Shown piece by piece: positions 1 through 9,673 of a stretch of DNA of 26,296 nucleotides (position 1 is its first letter; every line of letters starts with the position of its first letter). Below the pieces are notes generated by a model that made no database searches, was not told the origin of the DNA, and saw nothing but the letters and a program-made list of their open reading frames with translations. The stretch covers positions 1 through 26,296 of IMG/VR virus record IMGVR_UViG_3300009602_000075, one strand, 5' to 3'. The position numbers were made by a program, and so were the translations under genes. Source of the stretch: a virus. Its lineage: Duplodnaviria; Caudoviricetes.

Positions 1-1092
1 ACTGAAGTCTGGCGTGATAAACACAAGCAGGGTGAAGTCCCATGGCTGGTGGGTCCGGTGAATGGGCACAATTTCCGTGGTCTGGTCAATGATGACCGGG
101 ATTTTGTCGAACACATGGGTATGGCCCTGAACCACGCGAATCGTGACTTGCACAACTATTACAATGAACTCCTCGAAACGATGGGCTTGATTGTCAAGAA
201 GTATGCCAAGCCAACGGTAGTCATTAAGACCCGTGACGGCACGGTTCGTAGACTTGAACTGGGTAGCGGGGCTGTAAATACCCTGTTAGCTACCGATATC
301 GTACAGATTCTCGATGTACCGGGTGCCCCACCCGAGATGGTTCCGTTGCTTCAGTCCGTGCTGGCGGCTATGTATCGAGCGACATTCCAAGAGACGGTGT
401 ATGGGGGTGGCGGTGAGTCCGGGATGTCAGCACTGGCAATTACCCTAACCGGGCATCACGCTGGATTGCGATTAGAACCGTATCTTAAGCGGATGCAGAT
501 GTTTGATCAGGAGTCTGCGCGGCGCATCCTTAAAGGGATTGAACGCGAGCAGCTTGTCATGGATTATTCCGGGGTTGATGGGATGGGAAACCCGTTTCGA
601 CTCCCTGATTTCTCATATTTAGAAATTGACGGTGATTATGGTGTATACTGTACACGTAAGCTGTCGTTACCTGAAGACGATTTAATGCGAGCGCAGGTTG
701 CTGCAAGTTTGACACAGGGGGCCAACCCTGTAGTCTCGATGCAGTATGCGCGTGAGAAGATTCTCCTTGTCCAAGATCCGATGAAAGAGCGAAACCGAGT
801 GATTGCAGAACTTCCACTTAGAATGCCTGAAGTCGTGATGGCAATGGCGTATCAAGAACTTATCAATAACAACGAAGTCATGGCCGCTGCTGCGCTTGGT
901 CAAGCGATGGGCATTGGCGCTCCACCTCTAGCCGATCCCGGCGGGGGTGGTTCTCCTTCGCCTATGATGGGTGGACAACCGGGGTCACCTCCGGGCGCAC
1001 CTCCGGGCATCGGGATGATGGGAAGTCCGGGTATGCAAGCTCCGGGGCAGAACTTGGCGAATTTTGATACCAGTCAGTTTGGTGGTGTGTAA
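1..1092 (+). CDS. portal protein (5'-truncated by window edge)
   Basis: Frame 1 is open from base 1 (TEVWRDKHK...) to TAA at 1092. It has a portal-like helical C-terminal half (SGMSALAI, LEPYLKRMQ, VSMQYAREKIL..DP..ERNRV) and a G/P/M low-complexity tail, and lies upstream of the scaffold and capsid. Family inferred from pattern and position. Confidence 0.7.
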   Translation, partial: TEVWRDKHKQGEVPWLVGPVNGHNFRGLVNDDRDFVEHMGMALNHANRDLHNYYNELLETMGLIVKKYAKPTVVIKTRDGTVRRLELGSGAVNTLLATDIVQILDVPGAPPEMVPLLQSVLAAMYRATFQETVYGGGGESGMSALAITLTGHHAGLRLEPYLKRMQMFDQESARRILKGIEREQLVMDYSGVDGMGNPFRLPDFSYLEIDGDYGVYCTRKLSLPEDDLMRAQVAASLTQGANPVVSMQYAREKILLVQDPMKERNRVIAELPLRMPEVVMAMAYQELINNNEVMAAAALGQAMGIGAPPLADPGGGGSPSPMMGGQPGSPPGAPPGIGMMGSPGMQAPGQNLANFDTSQFGGV

Positions 1093-2480
1093 TGGCAACA
1101 TGGTGGGACATAGAGGGAGGAATAGACGCTCCATGGAGACCGGGGGCTAACATTGACCCGGGGGCTAACATTGACCCGGATTATTTGGGTCCCGCGAGTT
1201 TTATCCCCAATCAAACACCGACACAGGCGAAATCTACAGTGCCGCCATTACGTAGTTTACAACCACCGGGAGCGCCGCAGTTTCCAGAGGTTTTCTCGGC
1301 TGTAGACACTAACAGATCTCTTTCGCGGGAGCCACCTCACGTCCAGAAGGTTTACTGGGATCATTGGGTTATTTCTCAAAATCTCACTCCTGCTCAAGCA
1401 GCGCAAATATGGGTCGATGAAAACGATAAAGGACGGGCACCAGCCGCGCCACAGCAGCAGGCTACGCCACCACCACAGCAGGCTCCGCCGCCACCGAAAC
1501 CGGAGGAATTACCGCCAATACCTGCAATTCCTACGACTCAACAAAATATTACGAATACCGGACCTATAACGAATGCCGTGGAGGGTCAATTTTTCGGTGA
1601 TGCGAAATATAAGTTACCACTTTCCTCGTGGGGAACTTCGACGGGCGGTGGAAACCCCAACGAGATGTATCGCTGGTTTACTGAAGCAACAATTGCAGAA
1701 TATCCAAACGCGATGGATTTGTGGACGAAGAGTCCAGAAGAAGCGATTGGTGCTTACAACCAGTGGAAAATACAAGAGCAAGCTAAGGGTAGAGCATTTG
1801 TAGGTGTGAAGGATGATGGATCGGTAGGCGGCGGACGGTTGATTCCTACAGATAAACTGCCTGATTTTCAGACAGCTATGGCTGCGGATCAACAAGCTGC
1901 GGCACAGGGCGGTGTTGGTTCTGGTATTCTTGGATCAATTCGCGAAGGCGGTAACACCTTTTCAGGTATTGAACAGGGTAGAGATACTGATTTTTCTGTC
2001 TGGGAAGAGTTGCAGAGAACTGGAATGATAGGCTCGCCTTTTGAAGCTGCCGCCGAATCGTATTTAAAGAGTCAGATTCCACAGTTTAGCGCACAAGGAG
2101 GTATGCGGTCTGTACGTGATCAGACTCCTCTGGGTATTAGCGATTTTCTGCAGCAGTCATACGGTGGGGCGAGTATGTCACCGGAAGATTTACGTATGCT
2201 AATATCCGGTCAACCGGGTGCGGATATAAAATTTCCGACTGGGTTTACAAACATGCTGGATGCGTTGGATCAGCAAAAGCAAGCTGGTACAGCGTTTAAT
2301 CTGGCGCTTGCTGGATCTCCTCTTGCAAATGCGCCTATGGCTATTAGAAATCCACTAGCAAGTCAGGGACAAGATTATTGGAATGAATACGAGCAAAAAC
2401 TGTTGAGCGGCGAGATCGAAGACGTTAAAGGTCAGGCTGACTTCCTTCGATTTGCGGCTGGCAAGATGGGGATTGTTTAA
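1092..2480 (+). CDS. putative internal virion/ejection protein, P/Q/G-rich
   Basis: 462-aa ORF coupled to the portal by TAATG. Low-complexity P/Q/A/G composition typical of podovirus ejection proteins; function inferred. Confidence 0.5.
   Translation: MATWWDIEGGIDAPWRPGANIDPGANIDPDYLGPASFIPNQTPTQAKSTVPPLRSLQPPGAPQFPEVFSAVDTNRSLSREPPHVQKVYWDHWVISQNLTPAQAAQIWVDENDKGRAPAAPQQQATPPPQQAPPPPKPEELPPIPAIPTTQQNITNTGPITNAVEGQFFGDAKYKLPLSSWGTSTGGGNPNEMYRWFTEATIAEYPNAMDLWTKSPEEAIGAYNQWKIQEQAKGRAFVGVKDDGSVGGGRLIPTDKLPDFQTAMAADQQAAAQGGVGSGILGSIREGGNTFSGIEQGRDTDFSVWEELQRTGMIGSPFEAAAESYLKSQIPQFSAQGGMRSVRDQTPLGISDFLQQSYGGASMSPEDLRMLISGQPGADIKFPTGFTNMLDALDQQKQAGTAFNLALAGSPLANAPMAIRNPLASQGQDYWNEYEQKLLSGEIEDVKGQADFLRFAAGKMGIV
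1140..1179 (+). repeat. 18-bp perfect tandem repeat (ccgggggctaacattgac x2.2), in frame (PGANID)
   Basis: Directly visible at 1140-1157 and 1158-1175, followed by ccgg. Confidence 0.9.
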
Positions 2481-2897
2481 ATGGCATTATCTGATTATTT
2501 AACAGGAGACCTCTTTAAGCGGGTTACTGAGACGGGTCAGGAAGGGTCACGGGCGCTTTTCAATGCGTATCTCGGTAATCGGTATCGAGATTGGGGCGGT
2601 ATGATGAGTCCTCAAGCTCGTCATATGGGCGCACAGTTTGATCCGATCTGGTCTCAGTATTTGGGCGAGCTTCTGTCTGCGAGTCCGTCATCAGGATTGA
2701 AGGGGTTTGGTCCGCGTATGCCCGGACGCGAGGGTATGGCAACGCCAACAAGCTTTGTAGACTTTTTACGGGGCGGTCAAACCAATCAGAACCAACAGCC
2801 GGGACAATGGCTTGATCAATTCTATTCCGGGCTTCCGCCTGCATCGCGTGGTGTATTCGGTGCGCGGTTCCAGCCTGTCACGAAACGAGTTCGATAA
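2481..2897 (+). CDS. putative internal virion protein
   Basis: 138-aa ORF whose ATG immediately follows the upstream TAA. G/Q-rich, and similar to the C-terminus of the upstream ORF. Confidence 0.55.
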   Translation: MALSDYLTGDLFKRVTETGQEGSRALFNAYLGNRYRDWGGMMSPQARHMGAQFDPIWSQYLGELLSASPSSGLKGFGPRMPGREGMATPTSFVDFLRGGQTNQNQQPGQWLDQFYSGLPPASRGVFGARFQPVTKRVR

Positions 2898-3085
2898 TGG
2901 GAACATTTTCAGACTACCTGACACGTAAAATTGAGCGGACTTCATCAAAAGAAGAACACCCTTCAGTTCTTGTATCCGGGGCGATGGTTGAAGCAAAAGA
3001 ATTAGGTCATTCGGTTGCTGGCATGTTTCGAAGTCCTCGCAGACGAGAACTCGAAAACATGGGTCTGAAACTGCGTGAGTCTTAA
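2897..3085 (+). CDS. small hypothetical protein
   Basis: 62 aa, TAATG-coupled, fills the gap before the giant ORF. Its N-terminal SDYLT is shared with the upstream ORF. Confidence 0.6.
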   Translation: MGTFSDYLTRKIERTSSKEEHPSVLVSGAMVEAKELGHSVAGMFRSPRRRELENMGLKLRES

Positions 3086-6000
3086 TTACCCCGATCCGGG
3101 TGTACGGTTCCCTGATCCTCTTGAAGAGCAGGATAGAGATGCGTTTTTACCCCACGATCCGACACGGTTAACAGATCTTAGTGTAAAGGCTTTACACGAG
3201 AAAGCCGCAGCACGGGCCGGGAAAACTCCTGAAGAAGTGACAGCGCCTGATATCGCTGACTTTATGTTGGCAGAGGGCGCGACACAAGAGCAGCTTGCTC
3301 AGATCTTTGACGCTGAATCTGCACAAAAAATAAGTGCTGCGTTTCCATCGCTGGGACAACGTGGACTCGATTACACGGAGACCACGCAAGAAGTTGGTGA
3401 CTATGCATTAGCGGAGGAAGCATCCGGGCTTGAAGTCCCTGAATTCGCAAAGCGATTTCAACAAGCGGCTGGAATCGGGATGAGCCGCGCACTCGAATCA
3501 GAACAATTTGGAGGCATACCCGGCAGTCAGGCTGCATTTCCAGTAGCGCCCCCTCCCCCGCCACCGAAACTGGAACGAAAAACTGGCCCTGAATTACTTT
3601 TATCCGGGTTGGGCAAAGTTCTTACGGATGTTGGAAGCGCCGCTAACGATATTCTTTTATCCGGGTTCGCCGAAAATCCTAATGCCCCGGCTGCGGTTCA
3701 AGAAAAAGTCGCCGCACGTAAATATGTTGAAGATTGGGTAAAACAAGAATCAGAGAATATAGAATCGAGTGGTCTCACAGCCCTTGGGCGTATATTACCA
3801 ACTGCCGGACTAGTTATGGGAGTGCTCGGACGTGGTGCTGAATCTACTGCGGCAGAAACTAAATTCTGGCTTGGAAAATTCATGGCGACTCAGCTTCTAC
3901 ACGGTGACATTGGGCAGGATAAGCCGGGTCACTGGTCAGTCGTGCCGTGGGCCGGGGGTCATTTGCCGGGACAACAAGGGATGAGGAATCCTGAACTGTA
4001 CGCAGATCCTGCAACCCCGGAGCGATTGAAAGCAATATTGGATAGCCCAAACCCGCAAGACGCGCAGGATTTCTATGATGTAAATACGGCTGACTGGCCC
4101 CCGGTTCTTGAAGGGGCTCTTTCGCAAAATATCAGGTGGCCCATCGAATTTGCGTTATTTCCCTCAATGCCCGGAATGAATTTGTTGGCGAGGGGAATAG
4201 GGTTTGCTCTAAAAGGACCGTTAAAGTTTGTGTCCCGCCCGTTGAAACCGTGGATTGACAAGCTAGATAAAAAGATTTTGGCGGACTGGAATTGGCAGGC
4301 GATTGCGCGAACAGCCGATGAGCGGGTGAAGGTTTTTGGTCATGAACTAGAAACGACAATTCCAGCGCTTATTAACGCAGCCGAAGCTACGGGTGACGCA
4401 GTAAAAATTTCGCAGGTGCTTATGGATATAACCAATCTTGCTATGAATGAAAAAGATTGGCAGCGAATGATGCAGGTGAAATATTACGATAGAAATCCCG
4501 CGCTTCAGAATAAACGGCTGTTGGATACACTGGCCGCAATGCGCGGGAGTCCAGATATTGATAAGCTACATACCCATGTAAAAAATCAACGACTCGATTT
4601 ACTGGAAAACGGAGTAAAGGCAAATAAAAGCACGTTGAAAGCATACGGTAGTGTTGATAACCGTCCGCCGCTTCCATTCGATATGAATTTAAAGTGGGCT
4701 TCAGACATGGTTGAAGCAGGATTGCATCCTTCACCAACACATGTACTGGATACTTTTTATCGCAAGATATTGGTTGAATACGCTGAATCGCTGGGATGGG
4801 ATGGGCCGAGGGTTTGGCTCCCGTGGATTAAGGAGGGCAATGTAAATGCGTTTCGGTATCTCTCCATGGTTGCTAAGTCACAGCTTGGTTCGATGTGGTT
4901 ATTAATGCGCCCCGGTTTTGTCGTATTAAATCTTGTGGGCGGTATGGTCACGGTATCGCAACATCAGGGGTTGAACATATTTCGTTACCCGGCTGCGTCT
5001 GCATGGATTGGAAAAGTTGTGGATGCGGGAGTCGATCCACATGTGCTAATGGGTCCAAAAGCTTTTTCGGGTCCGACAACCGGGGCCGGTGTTATTGGTC
5101 AGGCTACAGGCGCTACGTTAAGATCAGCAGACGACATTGTTGATGACGCAGCACTGTCGGGACGTGGTATAGGTCGAGGGGATGTACCGCCTCCTCTACC
5201 CGGATTTCTGCCTATTGTCGGGGAGAAACTTATACCCTTTGTCGGAAAGGGAACGGTGAAACTGCGTGACGTTAAGATTCCGAAAACTGATATCGAACTC
5301 AAATTCGGCAGCGCTTTAGAACATTGGATTGGTCGTCCAGAGTTTGATATTAATACTGGACTGATGGATTTTATTAAGGGTGGGGTTAGTATTACAGAGA
5401 CTGGTCAACATCGTGGGATGAACAAGATGGTTACTGAACGAATGGCAAAAGATATATTTTCAGAAGACCTGATGTCACTCGATATGCCCGATGTAATGAA
5501 GCATCAACTTATTAATGCGTTCAATCGCGGTGAGGATTGGGTATTTAAACCAGACGTCGTTAGCGCTTGGTGGTTAATGCGACTTGCTGAAATTAACACA
5601 GGAAAAGTCATTGATCCAACGGCTCGTAAGGCTATCCGTAGAGTAGAAGATGTCATGTTACCGTTCTCTAATCCGCAAACACGAGAGATCGTTGAAGCGC
5701 GACTCCGTAATCTTCCTGATGGAGCGAGAGGCTCGCAAATACGGGTTGCCTTGGAACAGGCTATTACTGATATTGAGAAAAACACAGACGACGCAATCAA
5801 GCGGTTTTATGAAGTGTACCCCGGACAACCCGGCCATCAAGCGTATGACCTGTTACGTCTCTTCCGTGATGCCGGGGGTGAGATTAATGAGCGAACGTAT
5901 GATACGTTAGGACGCTATCTTAAGCACGAAGAAGACATCCGTATATTACAAACGAGAATTCTCGATCCTCTTAGTAAGCGAATGACTAGCGGACTCGATG

Positions 6001-9000
6001 AGGAGGGACAACGTGCAGTTCGAGTATTGATGAAGCGAGTTGAAGCAGCATTTGATGAAATTCGTAAATATAAGGGCGAACGAATCACTGAGATCGGAGC
6101 ACGATATAGCCGTGATAGAAAGAATACTGCGGCTACCGCTGGCGCGATATACCGCAAAGAACATGACCAGTTGATGGTCGATGTCTTGTATCAATACAGG
6201 GAGGTCAGTGATAGATTACTCGGGGATGAAATGGTGTCGATATGGAATGCGGCGATAGACCGGGGAATGAAAAGTGCGGGTAAAACATCGCCAACGCTCG
6301 GTAAAAACCTTATGAAAGATATAACTGAGGGGATGACGGAGATTAATAAAACGATTGCATACGCACGCGATGAGGGGAAAAAGATGTTGCCTGAAGTACG
6401 AGCCGAATTCATGGCACACGCCCAATCAAGGCGGGTTGAACGCATTAAGGCATTATATGGTAACGTATCTTATAAACATGGCATCGAGTTAGCACCAGTC
6501 GATGAGAGTACTCTTGTTGTCCCTGAAGAACTGTTCGTCACACTTGTTCGTATGGTTGATAAAGAGTTCGGGAATACTACGCTGACAGATGCGTTGCTTA
6601 ACGATTCGATAAATAGTATGCTAAGGCGAGGAAGCCAGAGGGAGATAGAGAAAGTTCGGGAGTCGATTGAAGGTACGATTGCTCGTGCTGTCTTCCCGGA
6701 TCGGGGTACCGCTCCTATAGGGGATATGATAACTCGAACGCGCTCGATTCAGAATCGTGCTGCTCATGAGTTAAATTATGGGTGGGGTAATACAGCATCC
6801 GAGCTTGCCGAACAGGTTCCTATAACGGCAACGGCAGATGATGTTTCGCGAACAGTGCGTTCAACGCTGACTAAAGCAGGATTGGGAGGACAAGAAGCAT
6901 CAGCCGAAACGCTTTTCGCGTATCAATACAACCGTGCTGAAGTTGCCCTACAAACAGTCATGCCGTATCCGTATTGGAGCATGAAATTCTTTATGTTCCA
7001 GATGCGACAACTCGTGCATAATCCGGGTCAATTCATTGCCCTTTCGCGTATTATGAGTGCGTGGTATGAGATGGATCGAGATTTGCCCCTGCATCTTCGA
7101 GGTACGATGCGAATTGTCACCCTGCCAGATGGGACAGAAGTACGTCTTGATCCGAAACAATTCCTTACTGGTGGATACGGTACGCCTATGTTTGAAATCA
7201 TGAGTTGGGGCGATGAAGGCGAAGACTCTGAGTTCGGGTTTAATCTGAAATCCTTATTTCAGGTTACTGAAATGATCGGTCTAACTCAAGTCTATCCTCA
7301 TATCAGTATGATTATACAAGGTCTACGACATGCCATAGGCGACGAGAACATTCGAAATACGCTTCCTCCTGAAGTAGACGATGCTCTGTTTGGATGGGAT
7401 GGGATTATTCCGGGTATTGAAGAATCCCTCAACGGTCTTGGTGGATCGATACAGGGTCTTACCAAGGCATGGGCGGGTCAGGGCAGTTTTGGGGAAGGAG
7501 CTTCAGAGTGGATATCTCAACATGGACTAACTCAAGGAAATATAATCGGTACGGGTAAAGTATTAACGGAAATGTTCAAGAACGGCGAGATTAACGAGTC
7601 TGACGCAGAGCAAGCGATAATTGATATAAAGGAAGGGAATCCAAATCCAATAGCACTTGAAGCGATGCAACGCTATTATAGTAAACGGGCTGACTATCGA
7701 GAAATTAACTTCACATTCGGCGGTGTTCGCTCCTATCCTGCAATCGATAAAGAAAGGGACGAGGCTCAACGGGCGTATTTTGACCTTGTAGATAGCGGAC
7801 GTGTAGATGAAGCAAAAGAATTCTTAAAGTCGAAACCGTGGCTTCCGTACTCTTGGCTAACAAGAAAAGATACCGCAGAAATTAAGCGAAGGGTTAATAT
7901 TGGTAGATATTTCTTTGAGGTTGAGGCACTGAATGCTGCTGCAGAGGAACAAAAAGAAGGTACTGATGTAGTTCATGGCTTGCGCGTTCGTAATGAAATC
8001 GATGAAGCCCTGCGACAGAGCAGAAAAAATCTTCAGCAACGGTTTAAATTAAGTGACGAAGATATCGGGATTACGGATGACGTGCGAATGCGTGGACCCG
8101 AGACCGGACCTCCGATGTTCCCCGGTGGTCGTGAAGCGGCCATGAAACATATTGTGGGTGCATACTTTGCTATGAATAATGCCGAAGATTATGAGACCAC
8201 GCACGAAATCAGGGGACGAGTTGTTAACGTTCTTGAACAAGACGGGTTGGAGCGGTTTATTCAAGATCGTGAAAACTGGATTAAGGAACATGTTTCGGAA
8301 AGCATGTTACCGCTCTTTGAAGCACAACTGGCAAAAAATATTACGCTGCCTGATGCGATTCTGCGTGTATTTTCAAAGATCTTTGCCCGAGACTTCTTTA
8401 TTAAGACTAAAGATATGACACCTGATCAAACAGATACGTGGTTGAAAGAGAATAATCTTCCGGCACCGCTGAGTATTATGCGAGAAGTTCAATCCGCGTT
8501 CCCTGATCGTTGGGAACAAGACGCGATTATGAGTAAGATTGGTTCAACCCTTTCAATCCGGGGTTATCTTGATGTAACGCGAAAGGAGAAAATTAATCGC
8601 GTTCGACGGGGTTCAAATGAGAATCCGTACTCATTTCAAACATCCGGGGGTCGAATCGTTACCAAAGATAATGTCGATGAGTTTGAAGATGCCAATACAG
8701 ATCTTAATGCGTATTTTAAAGATAAGCCGCTGCGTACTCTTCTTACTAATGACATTAGGGACTTAAGACGTGATTATGGATTGGCAATGTCTCGATTACG
8801 TCCTATGGATTTCGCGGCAAATAACGACGATCCTATTCGAGAGAAGTATTATGGGAGTGAAGAGAAGGGTACTAAAGGTTTGATCGGATTGGCACGCCTA
8901 AAAAAAGAAACTCATATAGCGAGTGGCGATATTGCGCCGTGGACAGAGAGGGCACAGGAATGGTTTGGTAAGGCTGATGAAGATGATTCGGGTGACAGTG

Positions 9001-9590
9001 AAGCGCTCTCAGCCATGCGTGATATGTACTATAGCGTAGAGAAATCTTCGTTTATTGACGATGAGAGCGGTCCTGATTGGGATGCATTCTATAACGCCCA
9101 AGAAACGGCGTTCAATGAAGCCGTAGAGTTTGGGCGTGAGTTTGACATTACAGAAGAAATGTTCCGGGCCGATCTGTACAAGAATTTAACAGCGTCTGAA
9201 GCGGCGTGGCGATACTGGCAGAGGGCCGTGATTCAACCGATCATGGCTCAACGTTCAGCCATTAAAGAAAAACAAAATGGATTGATTACCCGTCCGCAGC
9301 ATGATGCGCTGGCTGCGACATCTCCATCAACGAGGCTTGTGCGCGACGTAATGGGTGAGATTCTCCTTCAGTTCCCCCATCTTAATGCATGGGATCTCAC
9401 TTTGATTTCTCAGGCTGATCTTCCGAGCTTCAGTGAATATTGGGCTGCACGTGGATATGCTCCTCCCAAACCTTCATCGTCCCGTTCGCCAAGTACAAGG
9501 ACAAGTACCAGACAAAGAAGCGGCCCGAGTAGCCTAATAGCTGCTGCAGTGGCGGGTGGGGGCCGAGACTTTGCTCCCCCAACCCGATAA
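3075..9590 (+). CDS. giant putative internal virion/DNA-ejection protein (2171 aa)
   Basis: 6.5-kb uninterrupted ORF with a GTG start overlapping the upstream stop. Mostly helical; LFAY...MPYPYW resembles the F-D-Y...P-F-x-x-W motif of large phage internal proteins. No enzyme motif recognised. Confidence 0.6.
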   Translation: MSLNYPDPGVRFPDPLEEQDRDAFLPHDPTRLTDLSVKALHEKAAARAGKTPEEVTAPDIADFMLAEGATQEQLAQIFDAESAQKISAAFPSLGQRGLDYTETTQEVGDYALAEEASGLEVPEFAKRFQQAAGIGMSRALESEQFGGIPGSQAAFPVAPPPPPPKLERKTGPELLLSGLGKVLTDVGSAANDILLSGFAENPNAPAAVQEKVAARKYVEDWVKQESENIESSGLTALGRILPTAGLVMGVLGRGAESTAAETKFWLGKFMATQLLHGDIGQDKPGHWSVVPWAGGHLPGQQGMRNPELYADPATPERLKAILDSPNPQDAQDFYDVNTADWPPVLEGALSQNIRWPIEFALFPSMPGMNLLARGIGFALKGPLKFVSRPLKPWIDKLDKKILADWNWQAIARTADERVKVFGHELETTIPALINAAEATGDAVKISQVLMDITNLAMNEKDWQRMMQVKYYDRNPALQNKRLLDTLAAMRGSPDIDKLHTHVKNQRLDLLENGVKANKSTLKAYGSVDNRPPLPFDMNLKWASDMVEAGLHPSPTHVLDTFYRKILVEYAESLGWDGPRVWLPWIKEGNVNAFRYLSMVAKSQLGSMWLLMRPGFVVLNLVGGMVTVSQHQGLNIFRYPAASAWIGKVVDAGVDPHVLMGPKAFSGPTTGAGVIGQATGATLRSADDIVDDAALSGRGIGRGDVPPPLPGFLPIVGEKLIPFVGKGTVKLRDVKIPKTDIELKFGSALEHWIGRPEFDINTGLMDFIKGGVSITETGQHRGMNKMVTERMAKDIFSEDLMSLDMPDVMKHQLINAFNRGEDWVFKPDVVSAWWLMRLAEINTGKVIDPTARKAIRRVEDVMLPFSNPQTREIVEARLRNLPDGARGSQIRVALEQAITDIEKNTDDAIKRFYEVYPGQPGHQAYDLLRLFRDAGGEINERTYDTLGRYLKHEEDIRILQTRILDPLSKRMTSGLDEEGQRAVRVLMKRVEAAFDEIRKYKGERITEIGARYSRDRKNTAATAGAIYRKEHDQLMVDVLYQYREVSDRLLGDEMVSIWNAAIDRGMKSAGKTSPTLGKNLMKDITEGMTEINKTIAYARDEGKKMLPEVRAEFMAHAQSRRVERIKALYGNVSYKHGIELAPVDESTLVVPEELFVTLVRMVDKEFGNTTLTDALLNDSINSMLRRGSQREIEKVRESIEGTIARAVFPDRGTAPIGDMITRTRSIQNRAAHELNYGWGNTASELAEQVPITATADDVSRTVRSTLTKAGLGGQEASAETLFAYQYNRAEVALQTVMPYPYWSMKFFMFQMRQLVHNPGQFIALSRIMSAWYEMDRDLPLHLRGTMRIVTLPDGTEVRLDPKQFLTGGYGTPMFEIMSWGDEGEDSEFGFNLKSLFQVTEMIGLTQVYPHISMIIQGLRHAIGDENIRNTLPPEVDDALFGWDGIIPGIEESLNGLGGSIQGLTKAWAGQGSFGEGASEWISQHGLTQGNIIGTGKVLTEMFKNGEINESDAEQAIIDIKEGNPNPIALEAMQRYYSKRADYREINFTFGGVRSYPAIDKERDEAQRAYFDLVDSGRVDEAKEFLKSKPWLPYSWLTRKDTAEIKRRVNIGRYFFEVEALNAAAEEQKEGTDVVHGLRVRNEIDEALRQSRKNLQQRFKLSDEDIGITDDVRMRGPETGPPMFPGGREAAMKHIVGAYFAMNNAEDYETTHEIRGRVVNVLEQDGLERFIQDRENWIKEHVSESMLPLFEAQLAKNITLPDAILRVFSKIFARDFFIKTKDMTPDQTDTWLKENNLPAPLSIMREVQSAFPDRWEQDAIMSKIGSTLSIRGYLDVTRKEKINRVRRGSNENPYSFQTSGGRIVTKDNVDEFEDANTDLNAYFKDKPLRTLLTNDIRDLRRDYGLAMSRLRPMDFAANNDDPIREKYYGSEEKGTKGLIGLARLKKETHIASGDIAPWTERAQEWFGKADEDDSGDSEALSAMRDMYYSVEKSSFIDDESGPDWDAFYNAQETAFNEAVEFGREFDITEEMFRADLYKNLTASEAAWRYWQRAVIQPIMAQRSAIKEKQNGLITRPQHDALAATSPSTRLVRDVMGEILLQFPHLNAWDLTLISQADLPSFSEYWAARGYAPPKPSSSRSPSTRTSTRQRSGPSSLIAAAVAGGGRDFAPPTR

Positions 9591-9600
9591 CCTAATTTTT
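9552..9600 (+). terminator. possible terminator-like GC hairpin at the 3' end of the giant gene
   Basis: cgggtggggg (9553-9562) pairs with cccccaacccg (9576-9586) with one bulge. A T5 run occurs only ~10 nt later, so the geometry is imperfect. Confidence 0.35.
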
Positions 9601-9610
9601 GTGTTAGAAT
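9600..9610 (+). promoter_or_regulatory. extended -10 promoter (TGTGtTAGAAT) upstream of scaffold/capsid
   Basis: Matches TRTGnTAnAAT in the intergenic gap before the head genes; no consensus -35. Confidence 0.55.
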
Positions 9611-9673
9611 GAATGTGTATCACTACGATTTCGCGGTATCCACTCTGGACCGAGAATACCAATGGAGTACACG

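Noticed and set aside
3597-3667. 14-nt direct repeat cttttatccgggtt 57 nt apart, and ccgccaccgaaac shared between 1488 and 3558
   Set aside because: Both are in-frame and encode short similar peptides (LLSG, PPPK); chance or local duplication, with no evidence of att sites or regulation.
3075-9590. Giant ORF as a virion RNA polymerase or tape-measure protein
   Set aside because: No DxDGD or single-subunit RNAP motifs and no regular tape-measure periodicity were recognised, and no tail-tube gene accompanies it. A divergent enzyme domain cannot be fully excluded.
9635-9660. Small stem-loop (ggtat...atacc) in the scaffold 5' UTR as a riboswitch or ncRNA
   Set aside because: Short, weak pairing with no recognisable RNA family; cannot be supported without covariation data.
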